Part shown: positions 51,873 to 52,384 of the stretch, in pieces | How the letters are laid out: the number at the start of each line of letters is the position of its first letter | How positions within the stretch are numbered: the first letter of the stretch is position 1 | Source: Amoeboaphelidium protococcarum X5 | Lineage: Eukaryota; Fungi; Aphelidiomycota | Length of the DNA stretch: 52,384 nucleotides | Reading direction: 5' to 3' | NCBI GenBank assembly: GCA_023515725.1 | Contig: JALDTO010000162.1 | Span: 110,018-162,401, forward strand | Translations under genes and position numbers: made by a program | Notes under the pieces: model-generated | Told to the model about the DNA's origin: nothing | The model's database searches: none | The model's input: the letters and a program-made list of their open reading frames with translations, nothing else

Positions 51873-52384
51873 ACAGTTTGCAGGATCTTAGACGTTCAGC
51901 ATTGAAAGCTTTAAGGACATTAAAAGTGTCAAGCTTAAAAGAAGATCATTTGTAATACATATTAACTATTTTTATTATTGGGGGTAATCCCTTTTTAATT
52001 TTTAATTATTATGGTCAGCCTTCGCAAACATGGCATTACTGTGGTCAACAGCAATGACATAGAATTCCAGCTGCCAATTTCTTTTGCTTTTTCCAATGCA
52101 AATATAGACTATATATGAAAGAAGAGGAGAGAGATATTTGGAGACAACAGAGACGGAGAGGAGACAGACGACCCAGGTGTGCAGTACAGCCAAAAGTCGA
52201 GGCAGAGTCCAGGTGTTCAGTACAGCCAAAAACAATGCCGTGGGATATATAGTAGATAAGCACAGAGCACCTTTCAGCGGCCCAACAGTAACAGGACGAA
52301 CCTCTGTTGGGACATACTTGGAGCAAAGGCAGAGACAGAGACAGAGCAAAAGACGACCCAGGTGTGCAGTACAGCCAAAAGTCG
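50798..52384 (+). repeat. Right copy of the inverted duplication, including the minisatellite from about 52160 to the window end
   Basis: Reverse complement of 36295-37845. Confidence 0.95.

Overview
Gene-dense eukaryotic nuclear DNA with fungal/holomycotan gene content, using a non-standard genetic code: TAA and TAG encode Gln and TGA is the only stop. This is why the supplied ORF track is fragmented. Re-reading by hand under that code gives about 27 gene models whose ATG-to-TGA lengths come out in frame, with 15 short GT-AG introns (52-88 nt), plus one tRNA-Arg(ACG). The code and gene content point to an aphelid such as Amoeboaphelidium protococcarum (inference). Bases 1-34.4 kb are mostly housekeeping genes: RBBP4/MSI1, RPL32, ADP1-type ABCG, ATP23, RPF1, riboflavin kinase, CPSF3, a dual-specificity phosphatase, ATG4, a PH-FHA protein, SUCLG1, rotatin, a PWWP protein, SDH4, TBC1D20 and BMT5. 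Bases 34.6-52.4 kb are rearranged. A segment of at least 1.55 kb (3' part of a bacillopeptidase-F-like subtilisin plus a hairpin-bearing minisatellite) occurs twice in inverted orientation. The copies bracket about 13 kb containing a frameshifted Crinkler-type Ubl-nuclease-kinase effector, a carnitine acyltransferase, F-box, CUE-Smr and CUE proteins, and a secreted Cys-rich protein with a KKR site followed by a long hydrophobic segment. Other oddities: 14 of 15 introns end in TGTAG, and ATG4 has an in-frame TGA at a probable Trp position. All family calls come from motif recognition by eye; no searches were run.
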